DNA of 63,190 nucleotides, counting the filler, from Octopus bimaculoides (lineage: Eukaryota): assembly GCF_001194135.2 (NCBI RefSeq). It is 6 parts of 6 records of this genome, joined end to end, with 100 filler letters (N's around TTAATTAATTAA, not from the genome) between each part and the next. Parts side by side here need not be neighbours in the genome. Positions count along the whole stretch, not along the records: positions 42,981 to 53,217 come from NC_068981.1; positions 53,318 to 58,927 come from NW_026296188.1; positions 59,028 to 63,190 come from NC_068988.1; 3 more parts are not named here. One strand, given 5' to 3'. The notes beneath the pieces are model-generated. The model did not search any database. It was not told the origin of the DNA and saw only the letters and a list, made by a program, of their open reading frames with translations. Position 1 is the stretch's first letter; every line of letters starts with the position of its first letter. Below are positions 50,099-62,625 of the stretch, in pieces. Made by a program: the position numbers and the translations under genes.

Positions 50099-50397
50099 CG
50101 TGTGCAATGCGTTTCCAAAAAGGAAAACTATAATTGTTACTAAATATAACTAGGGTGTTAGAACACCTACATTGCTAGAAATAAGAGCTAAAAAGCTCTA
50201 ATGTGGTAGTTAAAGCACATATTTGTATACATTAATATTGACAGGGACTGTAATCGCCGCAAACATATGTCAAGTACATATGTATATAATTAATGCTACA
50301 GCGTTAGAGCTTTTTAGCTCTTATTTCTAGCAATATAGGTGTTCTAACAACCTAGTCACATTTATAGTTTTTCCATTTTGGTAACACATTGCACACG
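50099..50397. repeat. Fold-back element with arms of about 140 bp; partial extra arm at about 49790-49910
   Basis: gttagaacacctacattgctagaaataagagctaaaaagctctaa (50158-50202) recurs inverted at about 50304-50348 and in direct orientation at about 49807. Confidence 0.85.
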
Positions 50398-50440
50398 CTT
50401 GTATATATTAAATTTATGTATGTGTGTATGTATGTATGTA

Positions 50441-50508
<68 letters not shown>

Positions 50509-50536
50509 TGTGTCTGTGTGTGTGTGTATATATGTA

Positions 50537-50965
50537 TAAGGTCGTCAAGTATGAAATTTGTGGAGAAGAAAAAAAGTTTGCTAATGTTTTATTTATACAA
50601 GAAATTGTTTTATTCATCAAAGTATGCGCCCATATTGTCAATACGCTTTTGCCATATCAGCTTTTCCAGTCCGGAATTGTAAAAGCCTGGCAATCTAAAG
50701 TCAATAAAGTCTTGGAAAGCCTGTTTTACAGCATCGTCGGATTTGAACTTTTTTCTTGTCAAAACGTTATCCAAATTCTGGAAGAAGTTGTAGTCAGTGG
50801 GGGTAAGATCAGGTGAGTATGGTGGATGATGGAGAACTTCCAACTTCAACCCCTATAGTTTCGCCAATGTCATTTTTGCGATGTGTGGTCTGGCGTTGTC
50901 TTGCAATAAAATAGGAGTGGATCTGTTGACTAATCTAGGTTGTTTTTTGTAAGTTTCTACTAATA
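50537..50965 (-). mobile_element. mariner transposon 3' remnant
   Basis: ILLQDNARPHIAK..LEVLHHPPYSPDLTPTDYNFFQNLDN..WQKRIDNMGAYFDE*, containing the YSPDL motif. A probable TIR abuts TA at about 50537. Confidence 0.9.
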
Positions 50966-50989
50966 TTTTCAAAATTTACAAAAAATACA

Positions 50990-52021
50990 CTGTTCCTTCG
51001 TGGATGACTTAAAACTTTATGCAAAGAGTATGCATGAGATGAAAAAGAGCCTTGACCTAATTACAACATTCTCAAAGGATGTAAGGTTGGAGTTTGGTCA
51101 GGATAAATGTTGCTATATGATTGTGAAAAGGGGGAAGACTACAAACCAGACTAGTAACATCTTCATCAATGACTTGACTGTTTCCCCTGTATCTGATGAG
51201 GAATGTTACAGGTACCTAGGGGTGGATGAAAATATATCTTACAATGGCACCTGTAACAAAACATGTATCATAAAGAAAGTTTAAATCTAAGATCTCTCTT
51301 CATTCAATAAAACAGTGGCCCACAATGTGTTTGCAGTGCCAATAATCATACCAGCATTTGGGCTGCTTGATTGGACGCTTGATGAGATCCGAGCCATTGA
51401 TGTAAAAACCCGAAAAACACTAACAAGCGCACATAATTTCCACATAAACAGTGACCTTTGAATGTTGCATCATATCCCTTCGGCAACATCTTTTAACCAC
51501 CAAGCGTCGAAGTGCATCCCTTGACCAAGTTTGCATACATGAGGCTGATAACATCATAAGACTTTGAAGCTATCTCCTTGAGCAACACTCTGTGTCTGAT
51601 AACCTGGAATACATGTCCAAAGAAGTCGCACGACTCTACCGTAACGTATCATCAGATGAAAGAATGAGTTTATATGAGCAGAAGACTATGCATGGATATA
51701 TTAGTAGAAAGCGCCGAGATGATAGTAACATTGACCATCACAGCAGTTTATCATGGGCCAATAAACGGATTACTACCTCCCACACTGAAGGGTATGAGCT
51801 TGCAATTCAGGAACAGGAAATATCAAACAAGTAACTGATGCACAAAAGGGATAGAGATGCAGAAAAAGAAGTAAAATGTTACAACCGATGCAGACTTTGC
51901 GGAGTTCACACTGAAGATGTCACCCACATCATAAGCAGTTGTCCGAAAATATCATCGTGGTAATATCTACCGATGAGACATGACGTTGTAGCAAGGACAC
52001 TCTATAATGAAATCCTATACG
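50990..52021 (+). mobile_element. Decayed R4/Dong-clade LINE: RT domain end to CCHC knuckle
   Basis: VDDLKLYAKS..FSKDVRLEFGQDKC..YRYLGVDE; NVFAVPIIIPAFGLLDWTLDEIRAIDVKTRK; AIQEQEISNK; CRLCGVHTEDVTHIISSCPK..RHDVVA. In-frame stops are present. Confidence 0.88.
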
Positions 52022-52230
52022 AGCGTGCGCTTTCGCGCAGCTCGCTTAAGTTCTTCACGCTGGATACGTGCTCTCTCAAAAGTGTCGATCCCCTCCTTAA
52101 CCTGCTTCCTCCATTTGTGGTGATGACAGGCATTGTTCTCTCAATCAGTGTTCTGAATATAACAGGCCTTTAATGAAGACTTGACACAGTCCTTAAATCG
52201 TAGCCTTGGTTTCTGTCGGAGTCTCCTTCC
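52022..52230 (-). mobile_element. RTE-clade LINE C-terminal fragment
   Basis: Minus-strand RQKPRLRFKDCVKSSLKACYIQNTD*ENNACHHHKWRKQVKEGIDTFERARIQREELKRAARK. Confidence 0.8.
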
Positions 52231-53055
52231 ATTCACAATACATACATACATACATACAAAAATATCCTGTTGTTGATGTTGAAATTCCAGTGAAGGGGCC
52301 TTGGATCTAGGTTAGCAACCGGTTCTTTCTCTATTGGCAAGAAATTTTGTAATAAACTGAATAATGACATACGTGAATACATACATACATGCATGCAAGG
52401 ACAACAATCACTAAATCAACAAAGAACGCAATACGTGAATTACAGAAATATTTTATTTTAAAAAGTTGGTAATGACTTCGAAGCTTTGCCCATGTCAGCT
52501 CGTCAAACTGATGCAGAAGAACTAAGAATAACGGTATAGATAGCAGTATAAATATATTCAGCAAAATACAAAGATAAGCGAATTATAAATAATACGTGAG
52601 AAAAATGGTTCCAGAAAGAAAACAAGCAAATAGAAATTACTGGTGAATGAACGACATCTGTATATGCTTAAAGAGCGCTCAAGGGGAAAATCCATGAAGG
52701 AATCACATTCAAATCAATAATATTGCGTTAATGTATGTAGGTGGATGTAGGTATAATGATTGGGTTACCTTGCGAGTTGAGGAAATACATAAAGTTAAGC
52801 CTCAAGAATTTGAAATGTTAAAGTGTATGATAATGTGATGTAAAACTGAGTAGGTACGTAGTTGATGCTAACTAGAATAAGCTCGAAGTCAATGGCAAAA
52901 ATTGTGTTAACTCTACTATGAAAAAATGCAAGTATATATATCTATGTATTCATATCTATTTATCTATCTACCTATCTAGCTAGCTAGCTATTATCTATCT
53001 ATCTGTCTATTTATCTATCTATTTATTTGTCTATCTATCTATTTGTCTGTCTGTC

Positions 53056-53188
53056 TATTCCCCGACAACTACGTTAAGGGTACACGTGTCTGTGGAGTGC
53101 TCAGCCAGTTGCACGCTAATTTCACGAGCAGGATGTTCCCGTTGATCGGATCAACTGGAACCCTCCATGTCGTAAGCGACGGAGTGCC
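53056..53188 (+). mobile_element. SINE family C, 5'-truncated
   Basis: Aligns to about 48685-48816. Confidence 0.88.
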
Positions 53189-53458
53189 ACACAATATACA
53201 TACATATATATATATATNNNNNNNNNNNNNNNNNNNNNNNNNNNNNNNNNNNNNNNNNNNNTTAATTAATTAANNNNNNNNNNNNNNNNNNNNNNNNNNN
53301 NNNNNNNNNNNNNNNNNTGGCTGAAACACATAAATAAATAAATAAATAAATAAATATATAATATATACATGTATATATACATATAATATATACATGTATA
53401 TATATATAATATATACATAATATATACATGTACATATATAATATATACATATACATAC

Positions 53459-53524
<66 letters not shown>

Positions 53525-55814
53525 GATATAAATATATATATCAGAGAAAAAATGTTGGGGGAAGAGAAAGAAAATGAAATTGGTGACTGAGAAGAAGAGA
53601 AAAAGAGGGGAGTGAGGGGGAGAAAGGGAGAAACATTTGAATATAGCAAAGAACCATTACTACTACTATTACTGCAGCATGTTGATAGATAGTGGTTCAC
53701 ACATGATCATTTCAAATATCACTTGTGACTGGTTCAGGCTAATTTGTAGGCAACATTACATTTCCACAAAGCATTTGTTATTGTAATTGTTGTTGTTGTT
53801 GTTGTTGTTGTCATGGTTGCCTACTTTACTTTAGAAATTTTTTATGGTGTAGTCGTTTGTTATTAAAGCTTGTTTTAACTATTACTATCATTGTTTCTTG
53901 TAGCAGTTGATGGTCTCTCTATAGAATAACGTCTGAAATTATGTAATACACCCAAAACTGAAATTCCTTCAAATGTGTATGATTTTTGGCATCATAGGTT
54001 AGGGTTCTAATAAATAAATGGTGCAAAATAAAGAAAGAAAGAATAAGAAAAGTTGTGGAAGTACCTCTCTCTTTTTTATAATTTTTCAGTTTTGACTTTA
54101 CAAAATTGTTTTTTTTCCCTAGTCTGTTTTTAAAAGCAACGCATATTTTTTAAGACCCACAATTTCAGACATCTAAGATGATTTTCCAAAGAAAGTCAAA
54201 TCTGAAAAACTACTGAAAGTTTACCATTTATTTATCCAACAAAAAGATTACTATTTATTTATTTATTTTGTGAAATCTTTTTACCTTTTATCTTTTACAT
54301 TTTTCAGTCATTGGTCAGCAAACATGTTGGGACACCATCTTGCAGGGTTTAGTAAAAAAAAAATCGATTCCTGTACTTGCTTTTTTTCTTTTTTTTTAAG
54401 TAAGGTACATACTTATTCTATCACTATTCTATGTGATTAAGAAGCAAACTTCTTACCATACAGCCAATTCACGATTATCTTATATAACAACGCTAAATAA
54501 TTAGATCCATTGTGGTGAATCCTGCCAAAAAATAACCTAGACACCATATTCATGGAAAAGCAATGCTTTCCAGTTGTTCTTTTAAACTAAATGTGGCTCT
54601 GCTGATTATGTTATAGTCTTAGTCCATACTTACCCTCTGACTCACCAACTACAACAGAATTGATATCCTATAACCAAGGTGCCACATAAAAAGTATTTGT
54701 GTTAGTGTTGATGCCACTTAAAAAAGCACTGGGCTACATAAAGAGCACCAAATACACTCCGTAAGGTGGTTGGCTTTAGGAAGGGCATGCAACTGTAGAA
54801 ATCATGCCAAAACAGATTATGGAATCACACACACATATATATACAAGAGTTACAAAATGAAGTATGGAAAATCCAGGCTACATATGTTTCACAGTGAATG
54901 GAACCTCAGAAGTGGTAAAATCCAAGCGAGGTGTATAACACTGGCTATTCTTCAGGCCAAGGATATCTTGATAAGATAAAAGGCTACATTGTCACAAGGA
55001 GGTACATGTTGACACAAAGAAGATTTGATCAAAATGTGTGGGGGGGTGCAGAATGTGAGGGGTATATAAATGTGGGGAGAAATAAGTAATAGAAGACGGG
55101 AAGAAAGAGAAAGAAAAATAAATAAATAAATAAAGTAGAATAAAATATAATATAGGGGAGTGAGAGAAAGGAGGAATTGGACAGCATGGAATTTTGTCAG
55201 TGAACAGGTCGCAGTCTCAAAGCGACGAAAATATTTTGGCAAATTAAATTTAAATGTTGAAGTGAATCTAACGGTTTTTGTGTGTTATTAAATGGCTTAT
55301 AAACACCTTCCACGCTGCAATTGTTTTTGTTCCAGCACACGATCTCAGATCAGGTCACTTGCTATGCAAGTACATCTCTGTAATATATATATATATATAT
55401 TTATTTATTTCACTTTTGGATTTGGTGTGCAAGATTCTTTATGTGAAGCATATGGTCATGTGTTTCAGTCTTCATGTGTGTATGTGTGCTTGTCTGTTCA
55501 TATTACCTATGTACCTACCCATCTCTATGTGTATTTGTTTACATTCATATCCATTTGCCTACATACATGTACATATACATATACCTATATACATATATAA
55601 ACACACACAAGCATACATGTGTTCTTGTGTGAAGTGAAGTGTGGGTATATATGGTCATGTTTTAGTCTTCATTTATGTATGTGTGTATGTGTGCTTGTCT
55701 GTGCATATTACCAATGCACCTATCCGTTTGTATGTCAATCTGTTTACATTGATATTCATTTGCCTACATACATGTGCATACATGTGTATTTAGAGAAGGT
55801 GTGTTTAGCCTTGT

Positions 55815-56240
55815 GAAGGCAAGAAACATTTCTCTCCTTAAGAGAATTAACAAGCATGCATTTCCTATTCTTAGCATTATACACGGGTGCTGTGGTTAGA
55901 ATCTTCCAATATAGGTTGTAGCTAACTCCCCTATCATTGAGTTCCCATATATAGTTGCTTAATCCCGTTGAATTCCTCCTATTTCTGTTTCTAAAAGTAT
56001 ACCTATGGTGATTAAGCTTATTTTTCATATTATTCTGGGTGGCTCCTACATATACCTTATTACCTGATTGGGTACTCACTACACATTGGTATACCACTTC
56101 CTTTCAAATACAATTACTATTAAATACAAAATTACGGCTAATTCTACAATCACAGGTCCTATACTGCTGTGTGGGGGTAACATTGGGGATAAAATTTGGT
56201 ATTGCATTATTAATGCTATGGCTGTTGCTAATATTAATAA
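55815..56240 (-). mobile_element. Penelope-like element remnant: Cys-rich linker and GIY-YIG endonuclease
   Basis: RTCDCRISRNFVFNSNCI*KEVVYQCVVSTQSGNKVYVGATQNNMKNKLNHHRYTFRNRNRRNSTGLSNYIWELNDRGVSYNLYWKILTTAPVYNAKNRKCML. This matches the CxCR..C..VVY..YVG.T..H..ST.LS.YIW.L pattern. Confidence 0.88.
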
Positions 56241-56244
56241 TAAC

Positions 56245-56760
56245 TAGCAGGGATACCTGGCCTTGCTCAGTTTTGAAGACCTCTATATCCATGTCTTGCA
56301 GGTATCTCAATTGTTTTGGCAGAGCATTAAAGAGCCGAGATCCTCTGAAACCAAGGTTGTTGCAGTACCTTGTTCTTGCGTGAGAAGCAGTGGATGGTAC
56401 TCTTGGTACTATGCAGTGGCGACCTGTGCGGGCATTCGTGTAGTACTTGATGCCAAAGTTCAGTACCAGTCCTTCCAGTATTTTCTAAATGTATCTCTCC
56501 CGCCTGCGCTCCAGGGAGTAGAGACTTAGTGCCTTCAGTCGCTCCCTGTAGTTCATCTGCTAGACTGTGGCGATCTTTTTTGTATAATAACGCTGAATTG
56601 CCTCAAGTTCTGCTGTCAGCTTAGGGCAATAATCTAGGCGGCTCAGAACAAATGTCTTCCATAGAGTCAACATGACATTTTGATCCCTTGTTCTGGATGT
56701 CTTCAGTATCCACCCTGCCAGTTGTCTGCACTTTGCTGTCAACTTGACAATGTGCATGTG
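56245..56760 (-). mobile_element. CR1/L2-group LINE ORF2 C-terminal fragment
   Basis: KCRQLAGWILKTSRTRDQNVMLTLWKTFVLSRLDYC..AELEAIQRYYTKKI..NYRERLKALSLYSLERRRERYI..GRHCIVP..LGFRGSRLFNALPKQLR. Confidence 0.88.
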
Positions 56761-56780
56761 AAAGAATGCAACACTACACA

Positions 56781-56824
<44 letters not shown>

Positions 56825-56919
56825 CATATATCTGTATACATATAAATATATATATATATATCGACATGAAGGAATTGGTCAATTTGAATTCTGGTTTAAG
56901 CACCACATGTAACTCCTTT

Positions 56920-57060
56920 CAGGCGCAGGAGTGGCTGTGTGGTAAGTAGCTTGCTTACCAACCACACGATTCTGGGTTCAGTCCCACTGCGTGGTACCTT
57001 GGGCAAGTGTCTTCTACTATAGCCTCGGGCCGACCAAAGCCTTGTGAGTGGATTTGTTAG
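56920..57060 (+). mobile_element. SINE family A head, well conserved, truncated by a gap
   Basis: ggcgcaggagtggctgtgtggtaagtagcttgc..gggttcagtcccactgcgtggtaccttgggcaagtgtcttct. Confidence 0.9.
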
Positions 57061-57837
57061 NNNNNNNNNNNNNNNNNNNNNNNNNNNNNNNNNNNNNNNN
57101 NNNNNNNNNNNNNNNNNNNNNNNNNNNNNNNNNNNNNNNNNNNNNNNNNNNNNNNNNNNNNNNNNNNNNNNNNNNNNNNNNNNNNNNNNNNNNNNNNNNN
57201 NNNNNNNNNNNNNNNNNNNNNNNNNNNNNNNNNNNNNNNNNNNNNNNNNNNNNNNNNNNNNNNNNNNNNNNNNNNNNNNNNNNNNNNNNNNNNNNNNNNN
57301 NNNNNNNNNNNNNNNNNNNNNNNNNNNNNNNNNNNNNNNNNNNNNNNNNNNNNNNNNNNNNNNNNNNNNNNNNNNNNNNNNNNNNNNNNNNNNNNNNNNN
57401 NNNNNNNNNNNNNNNNNNNNNNNNNNNNNNNNNNNNNNNNNNNNNNNNNNNNNNNNNNNNNNNNNNNNNNNNNNNNNNNNNNNNNNNNNNNNNNNNNNNN
57501 NNNNNNNNNNNNNNNNNNNNNNNNNNNNNNNNNNNNNNNNNNNNNNNNNNNNNNNNNNNNNNNNNNNNNNNNNNNNNNNNNNNNNNNNNNNNNNNNNNNN
57601 NNNNNNNNNNNNNNNNNNNNNNNNNNNNNNNNNNNNNNNNNNNNNNNNNNNNNNNNNNNNNNNNNNNNNNNNNNNNNNNNNNNNNNNNNNNNNNNNNNNN
57701 NNNNNNNNNNNNNNNNNNNNNNNNNNNNNNNNNNNNNNNNNNNNNNNNNNNNNNNNNNNNNNNNNNNNNNNNNNNNNNNNNNNNNNNNNNNNNNNNNNNN
57801 NNNNNNNNNNNNNNNNNNNNNNNNNNNNNNNNNNNNN

Positions 57838-58275
57838 TCACAAATTTTACTTCAGGAATTGACATTTGGTGCATGAGAGAGTTTGATGCATCTGCTCTCA
57901 TCTGCACCTCCTGCCGTGAAGTTGGTTCATCTGCGACACCTGACAGGAAAAGGTCCAGCAGCCTCATCTTGAAGACACCTACATCCACCACATGCAGGTC
58001 TCTCAGGTCCTTCAGGAGGATATTGAAGAGCTGTGGACCTCTGAAGCCCAGGCTATTGCAGTATCTTGTCCTACATCTTGATGGCAAATTTGGAGTCCTT
58101 GGCACTATGCAATGGCGTCCAGTTCTTTTATTTGTGTAACTTTCGATGCCAAAGTTTGGGACAATTCCTTCAAGGATCTTCCAGATGTATATTATGGCAT
58201 ATCTTTCTCGTCTATGCTCTAAGGAATAGAAGTTGTGAATCCAACCAACTAAGGGATAGTATCTATCCAATATAC
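57838..58275 (-). mobile_element. CR1/L2-group LINE ORF2 C-terminus, second copy of the same family
   Basis: YSLEHRRERYAIIYIWKILEGIVPNFGIESYTNKRTGRHCIVP..LGFRGPQLFNILLKDLR..LDLFLSGVADEP. Confidence 0.88.
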
Positions 58276-59124
58276 TGCTGGTAGAATACCCAATTATTAA
58301 TACACAAGTGTTTTTTCATTGCATGATAATTACACTACTGAATAAATGGGTGAGGGTAAAAAATTTTTTACCCTTAATTTATACAGCGATAAGAAAATGT
58401 AGGGCATCAAGAGATGGTTTTCATCAACTTTTAGACGTTATTTTCAAAAAACAATTATAACAATATACATACATGTATAACTTATTATGCTTTACATGTA
58501 TAGCATATAAAAATACCAGTTATTTGGATAGGATCTTACCTCACTCTACTTCCATTCCTTCAGTGAACTGAAGTATTTGGCAGATAAAGATTAAGGTACT
58601 TGGATGTGTTTCTGGGCTTCGTCAGAGAGTTTAGAAAGTGGGGAACTATGAACTCTTGGCTGAAACAGCTGTAAGATACTAGCCTATTTTTTATGCTCTA
58701 CATTATATATTTTAATAATTGCTGGTATTTTTATATATTATATATGTAAACCATAATATGTTATACATGTATCTATATTATTACAATTGCTTTTTTTTTT
58801 TTTTAAATAAATAAACATAATATAATGTCAAAAAGTTGATGAAAACCACCTCTTCATCCCCTACATTTTCTTATTGCTGTATATATACATATAATACACA
58901 CACATATATATGGATATATATATATATNNNNNNNNNNNNNNNNNNNNNNNNNNNNNNNNNNNNNNNNNNNNTTAATTAATTAANNNNNNNNNNNNNNNNN
59001 NNNNNNNNNNNNNNNNNNNNNNNNNNNCCGAATCCACTACATACATACATACATACATACATACATACATTCATACATACATACATGCATGCATGCATCT
59101 ATCTATCTATCTATCTTGGGTAAG

Positions 59125-59200
59125 TATCTGCTCCTATAGCCTCGGGCCGAATAAATCCTTGTGAGTGGATTTGGTAGACGGAAACTGAAAGAAGCCCGTC

Positions 59201-59254
<54 letters not shown>

Positions 59255-59480
59255 GTATATGTATGTGTGTGTTTGTAATTTTTGTCTGTGTTTGTCTCCA
59301 CCCGCGATCGCTTGACAACCGATGTTGGTGTGTTTAGCCCCTGTAACTTATCGGTTCGGCAAAAGAAAACGATAGAATAAGTACTAGGCTTACAAAGAAT
59401 AAGTCTGAGGGTCGATTTGCTCGACTAAAGGCGGTGCTCTAGCATGGCCGCAGTGAAATGACTGAAACAAATAAAAGAAT
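59125..59480 (+). mobile_element. SINE family A lacking the tRNA head
   Basis: ctatagcctcgggccga..ggaaactgaaagaagcccgtcg-(TA)n-..ggcggtgctctagcatggccgcag. Confidence 0.88.
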
Positions 59481-59514
59481 ATATATATACACACACACAC
59501 ANNNNNNNNNNNNA

Positions 59515-59590
<76 letters not shown>

Positions 59591-59594
<4 letters not shown>

Positions 59595-60039
59595 TTGGGG
59601 AGAAGATTTTTTTTTTCAAAGTTTCAAGATTGAGAAAAGAAACTTTTTAGAAAGTCAAAGGACACTAATCTTTGGGAAGAGATTTCACGAAATGTGTGTG
59701 GGCATTGTTTTTATAGATGTGCAAGATCATTTATAATAAGAAATCGTATTATCATAATCGTTTTCTGAATCACTTTCACTCGCACTAGACTTGCGCACAC
59801 TTGTAGACGTGATCGCTGATTTACAAGCACTCAATGTGTGCAAGTCTAGTGTTGAAAGTGATTCAGAATATGATTATAATGATATTATTTCTTAATATAA
59901 ATGATCTTGCATATCTATAAAAGCAAATCCCACAGACATATTATGAAATCTTTTCGCAAAGGTTAGTGTCTTTTGACTTTCTTGAAAGTTTCTTTTCTCA
60001 ATCTTAAGACATTGAGATAAAAATCTCCTCTCCAAATAT
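59591..60039. repeat. Fold-back element with arms of about 210 bp and a short loop
   Basis: The left half is an imperfect reverse complement of the right half throughout, for example cactagacttgcgcacac versus gtgtgcaagtctagtg and aagattgagaaaagaaacttt versus aaagtttcttttctcaatctt. Confidence 0.92.
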
Positions 60040-60684
60040 TGTAACTGTATCAAGGAATTTTCAAAAATCACTCTAAATATATATATATATATATATATAT
60101 ANNNNNNNNNNNNNNNNNNNNNNNNNNNNNNNNNNNNNNNNNNNNNNNNNNNNNNNNNNNNNNNNNNNNNNNNNNNNNNNNNNNNNNNNNNNNNNNNNNN
60201 NNNNNNNNNNNNNNNNNNNNNNNNNNNNNNNNNNNNNNNNNNNNNNNNNNNNNNNNNNNNNNNNNNNNNNNNNNNNNNNNNNNNNNNNNNNNNNNNNNNN
60301 NNNNNNNNNNNNNNNNNNNNNNNNNNNNNNNNNNNNNNNNNNNNNNNNNNNNNNNNNNNNNNNNNNNNNNNNNNNNNNNNNNNNNNNNNNNNNNNNNNNN
60401 NNNNNNNNNNNNNNNNNNNNNNNNNNNNNNNNNNNNNNNNNNNNNNNNNNNNNNNNNNNNNNNNNNNNNNNNNNNNNNNNNNNNNNNNNNNNNNNNNNNN
60501 NNNNNNNNNNNNNNNNNNNNNNNNNNNNNNNNNNNNNNNNNNNNNNNNNNNNNNNNNNNNNNNNNNNNNNNNNNNNNNNNNNNNNNNNNNNNNNNNNNNN
60601 NNNNNNNNNNNNNNNNNNNNNNNNNNNNNNNGGGGGGGGGTGCGAGCATGCGTCTACGCACGTGCATATGTATGTTTTTGTATC

Positions 60685-61092
60685 TTTTTCAGTTATTAGA
60701 CTGCAGTCATGCTGGGGTACTGCCTTGAAGAATTTTACTCGACCCCAGTACTAGCTCTTTTTAAAGCGTGATAAACTGTCTATTGCCATCTTTTACTAAA
60801 TTACGTTGACATGAACACACCAGTACCGGTTGTCAATCTATGGCGTAGAACAAAGACATACGGACGCGTGCGCATGCGCATACATGCATATACACACAAA
60901 CACAAATACACACACATACACACATACAAATATACTGAAGGGATCCTTCCATCTCCGTCTACCAGATCCGGTTACAAAAGTGCAATCAACCTGAGTCTAT
61001 AATAGGAGACAGTCGCCCAAGATACAGGCCGTGAGGCTGAACCCAAAATCATGTGATAGGAACGTTAACTTCTTACCACACAGACACACGCC
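60685..61092 (-). mobile_element. SINE family A, decayed
   Basis: gactgcagtcatgctgggg..accggttgtcaa..gtcgcccaag..cttcttaccacac. Confidence 0.75.
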
Positions 61093-61099
61093 TGCCTGG

Positions 61100-61345
61100 A
61101 AAAAATCTATCAGATGTTATTGTACACCGTTTGTTGTGAGATTCGAATGATGCCACCGCACTAGCTATGTGGTCAGTCCAACATTTCGACAGAAAAGGAC
61201 GCCAGTCTGGCGTAGGTTTATCATTTATAGGTGAGTGGATTCGAGGAACGTGACATGAAATGTTTTTTCTAAAGAACACTGACCGTTGGGAAATCGAAAC
61301 TACGCTCTCGCGAGCAACAACCTTAGCACAAGGCTACGCGCCTTC
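61100..61345 (-). mobile_element. Probable further tRNA-derived SINE, decayed
   Basis: Minus strand ggcgcgtagccttgtgctaagg..gtttcgatttcc, then a CORE/Meta-like cagtgttctttag..catttcatgtcacgttcctcgaatccactcacc. Confidence 0.5.
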
Positions 61346-61350
61346 CTATA

Positions 61351-62007
61351 TATTGGGTTTGCAAGAAAGTAATTGCATTTTTCGCAAATAGATAGAGTTA
61401 CGATTTTTTAAATGACTTTTGTCAATATTATGATTTTTTTTGCTTTTGACATTTGATAACCCTTTCTTTTCGCTTACTTTAGAAGCAAATTGGGCGTAAT
61501 TTTGTTTTCCGTTGTAAGTTCAGTATCAATTTATGCGTGGAGTGCAAAAACGAACATTTCTCAATATTTTGCTTTTGTTTTTCCGTAAGGCAAGAAAGTT
61601 ACTGAGGCTCACGAGGTGATATTTGAAGGTTATGGCGTTGATTGCTTAACAGAACGCATATGTCAGAAATGGTTTTAAAATTTCAGTTCAAGAAATTTTT
61701 CGCTCAAAGATGACCAATATTCTGGACGACCTACTGAAGTTGATGATAACCGAATCAAAACCATAATTCAATCTGATTGTCATACAATTGTGCGAGAGAA
61801 AGCAGAGAGGATAAATGTATCACATACAACAATTGAAAATCACTTACAATATCTTGGATTCCTTAAGAAACTCGATATTTTGGTTCCACATAATTTGAAA
61901 GAGATTCACACACACACACACAGACACACAAAAAAGAAATCAATATTTGTGACATGCATCTCAAACACAATGAAATCGACATGTTTTTTGAAACGAATCA
62001 TCACTGA

Positions 62008-62010
<3 letters not shown>
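61351..62010 (+). mobile_element. mariner transposon 5' remnant
   Basis: Probable TIR ta-ttgggtttgcaagaaagtaattgc. N-terminal transposase ..CQKWF*NFSSRNFSLKDDQYSGRPTEVDD..VSHTTIENHLQYLGFLKKLDILVPHNLKE..FLKRIITDD; VPHNL is a decayed WVPHEL motif. Confidence 0.88.
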
Positions 62011-62045
<35 letters not shown>

Positions 62046-62178
62046 NNNNNNNNNNNNNNNNNNNNNNNNNNNNNNNNNNNNNNNNNNNNNNNNNNNNNNN
62101 NNNNNNNNNNNNNNNNNNNNNNNNNNNNNNNNNNNNNNNNNNNNNNNNNNNNNNNNNNNNNNCGCATATACATTTATA

Positions 62179-62221
<43 letters not shown>

Positions 62222-62269
62222 CTATCGATCGATCTATTTCTCTATTTATCTCCCTCTCTCATCCTCTGT

Positions 62270-62625
62270 CCTTGTCTGTTTCAGTCATTTGACTGCGGCC
62301 ATGTTGGACACCATTTTAAAGGAGTTTAGACAAACAATTCGAGCCCAGGATTGTTCTTTGTAGGCCTAGTACATATTTTATCGGTCTCTTTTGCTGAACA
62401 GGTAATTTACTGGGACGTAAACACACCAAGATCGGCTGTCACGCGAAGATGAGGGGAAGGAAACACAAACAAAAAAACACAAATAAATATTTATATATAA
62501 ATACGACAAGTTTCCGTCTACCAAATTCACTCACAAGGCTTTGGTTGCCCCGAGGTTATAGTAAAAAATACTTGCCCAAGGCGTCACGCAGTGGGACTGA
62601 GCATGTAACCATGTGGTTGGGAAAC
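62270..62625 (-). mobile_element. SINE family A
   Basis: gtttcagtcatttgactgcggccatg..gtttccgtctaccaaattcactcacaaggctttgg..cttgcccaagg..cagtgggactga. Confidence 0.85.

Noticed and set aside
58605-58680. Hammerhead-like pieces: gaaacagctgtaagatac on the plus strand and ctgacgaagcccagaaac on the minus strand
   Set aside because: The plus reading has no CUGANGA and the minus reading has no stem II. At most a dead relic.
2690-62363. Long ORFs in the track rich in X or in YI/CV/HT/LSIY repeats
   Set aside because: They are read-through of N gaps and microsatellites, with no real coding signal.
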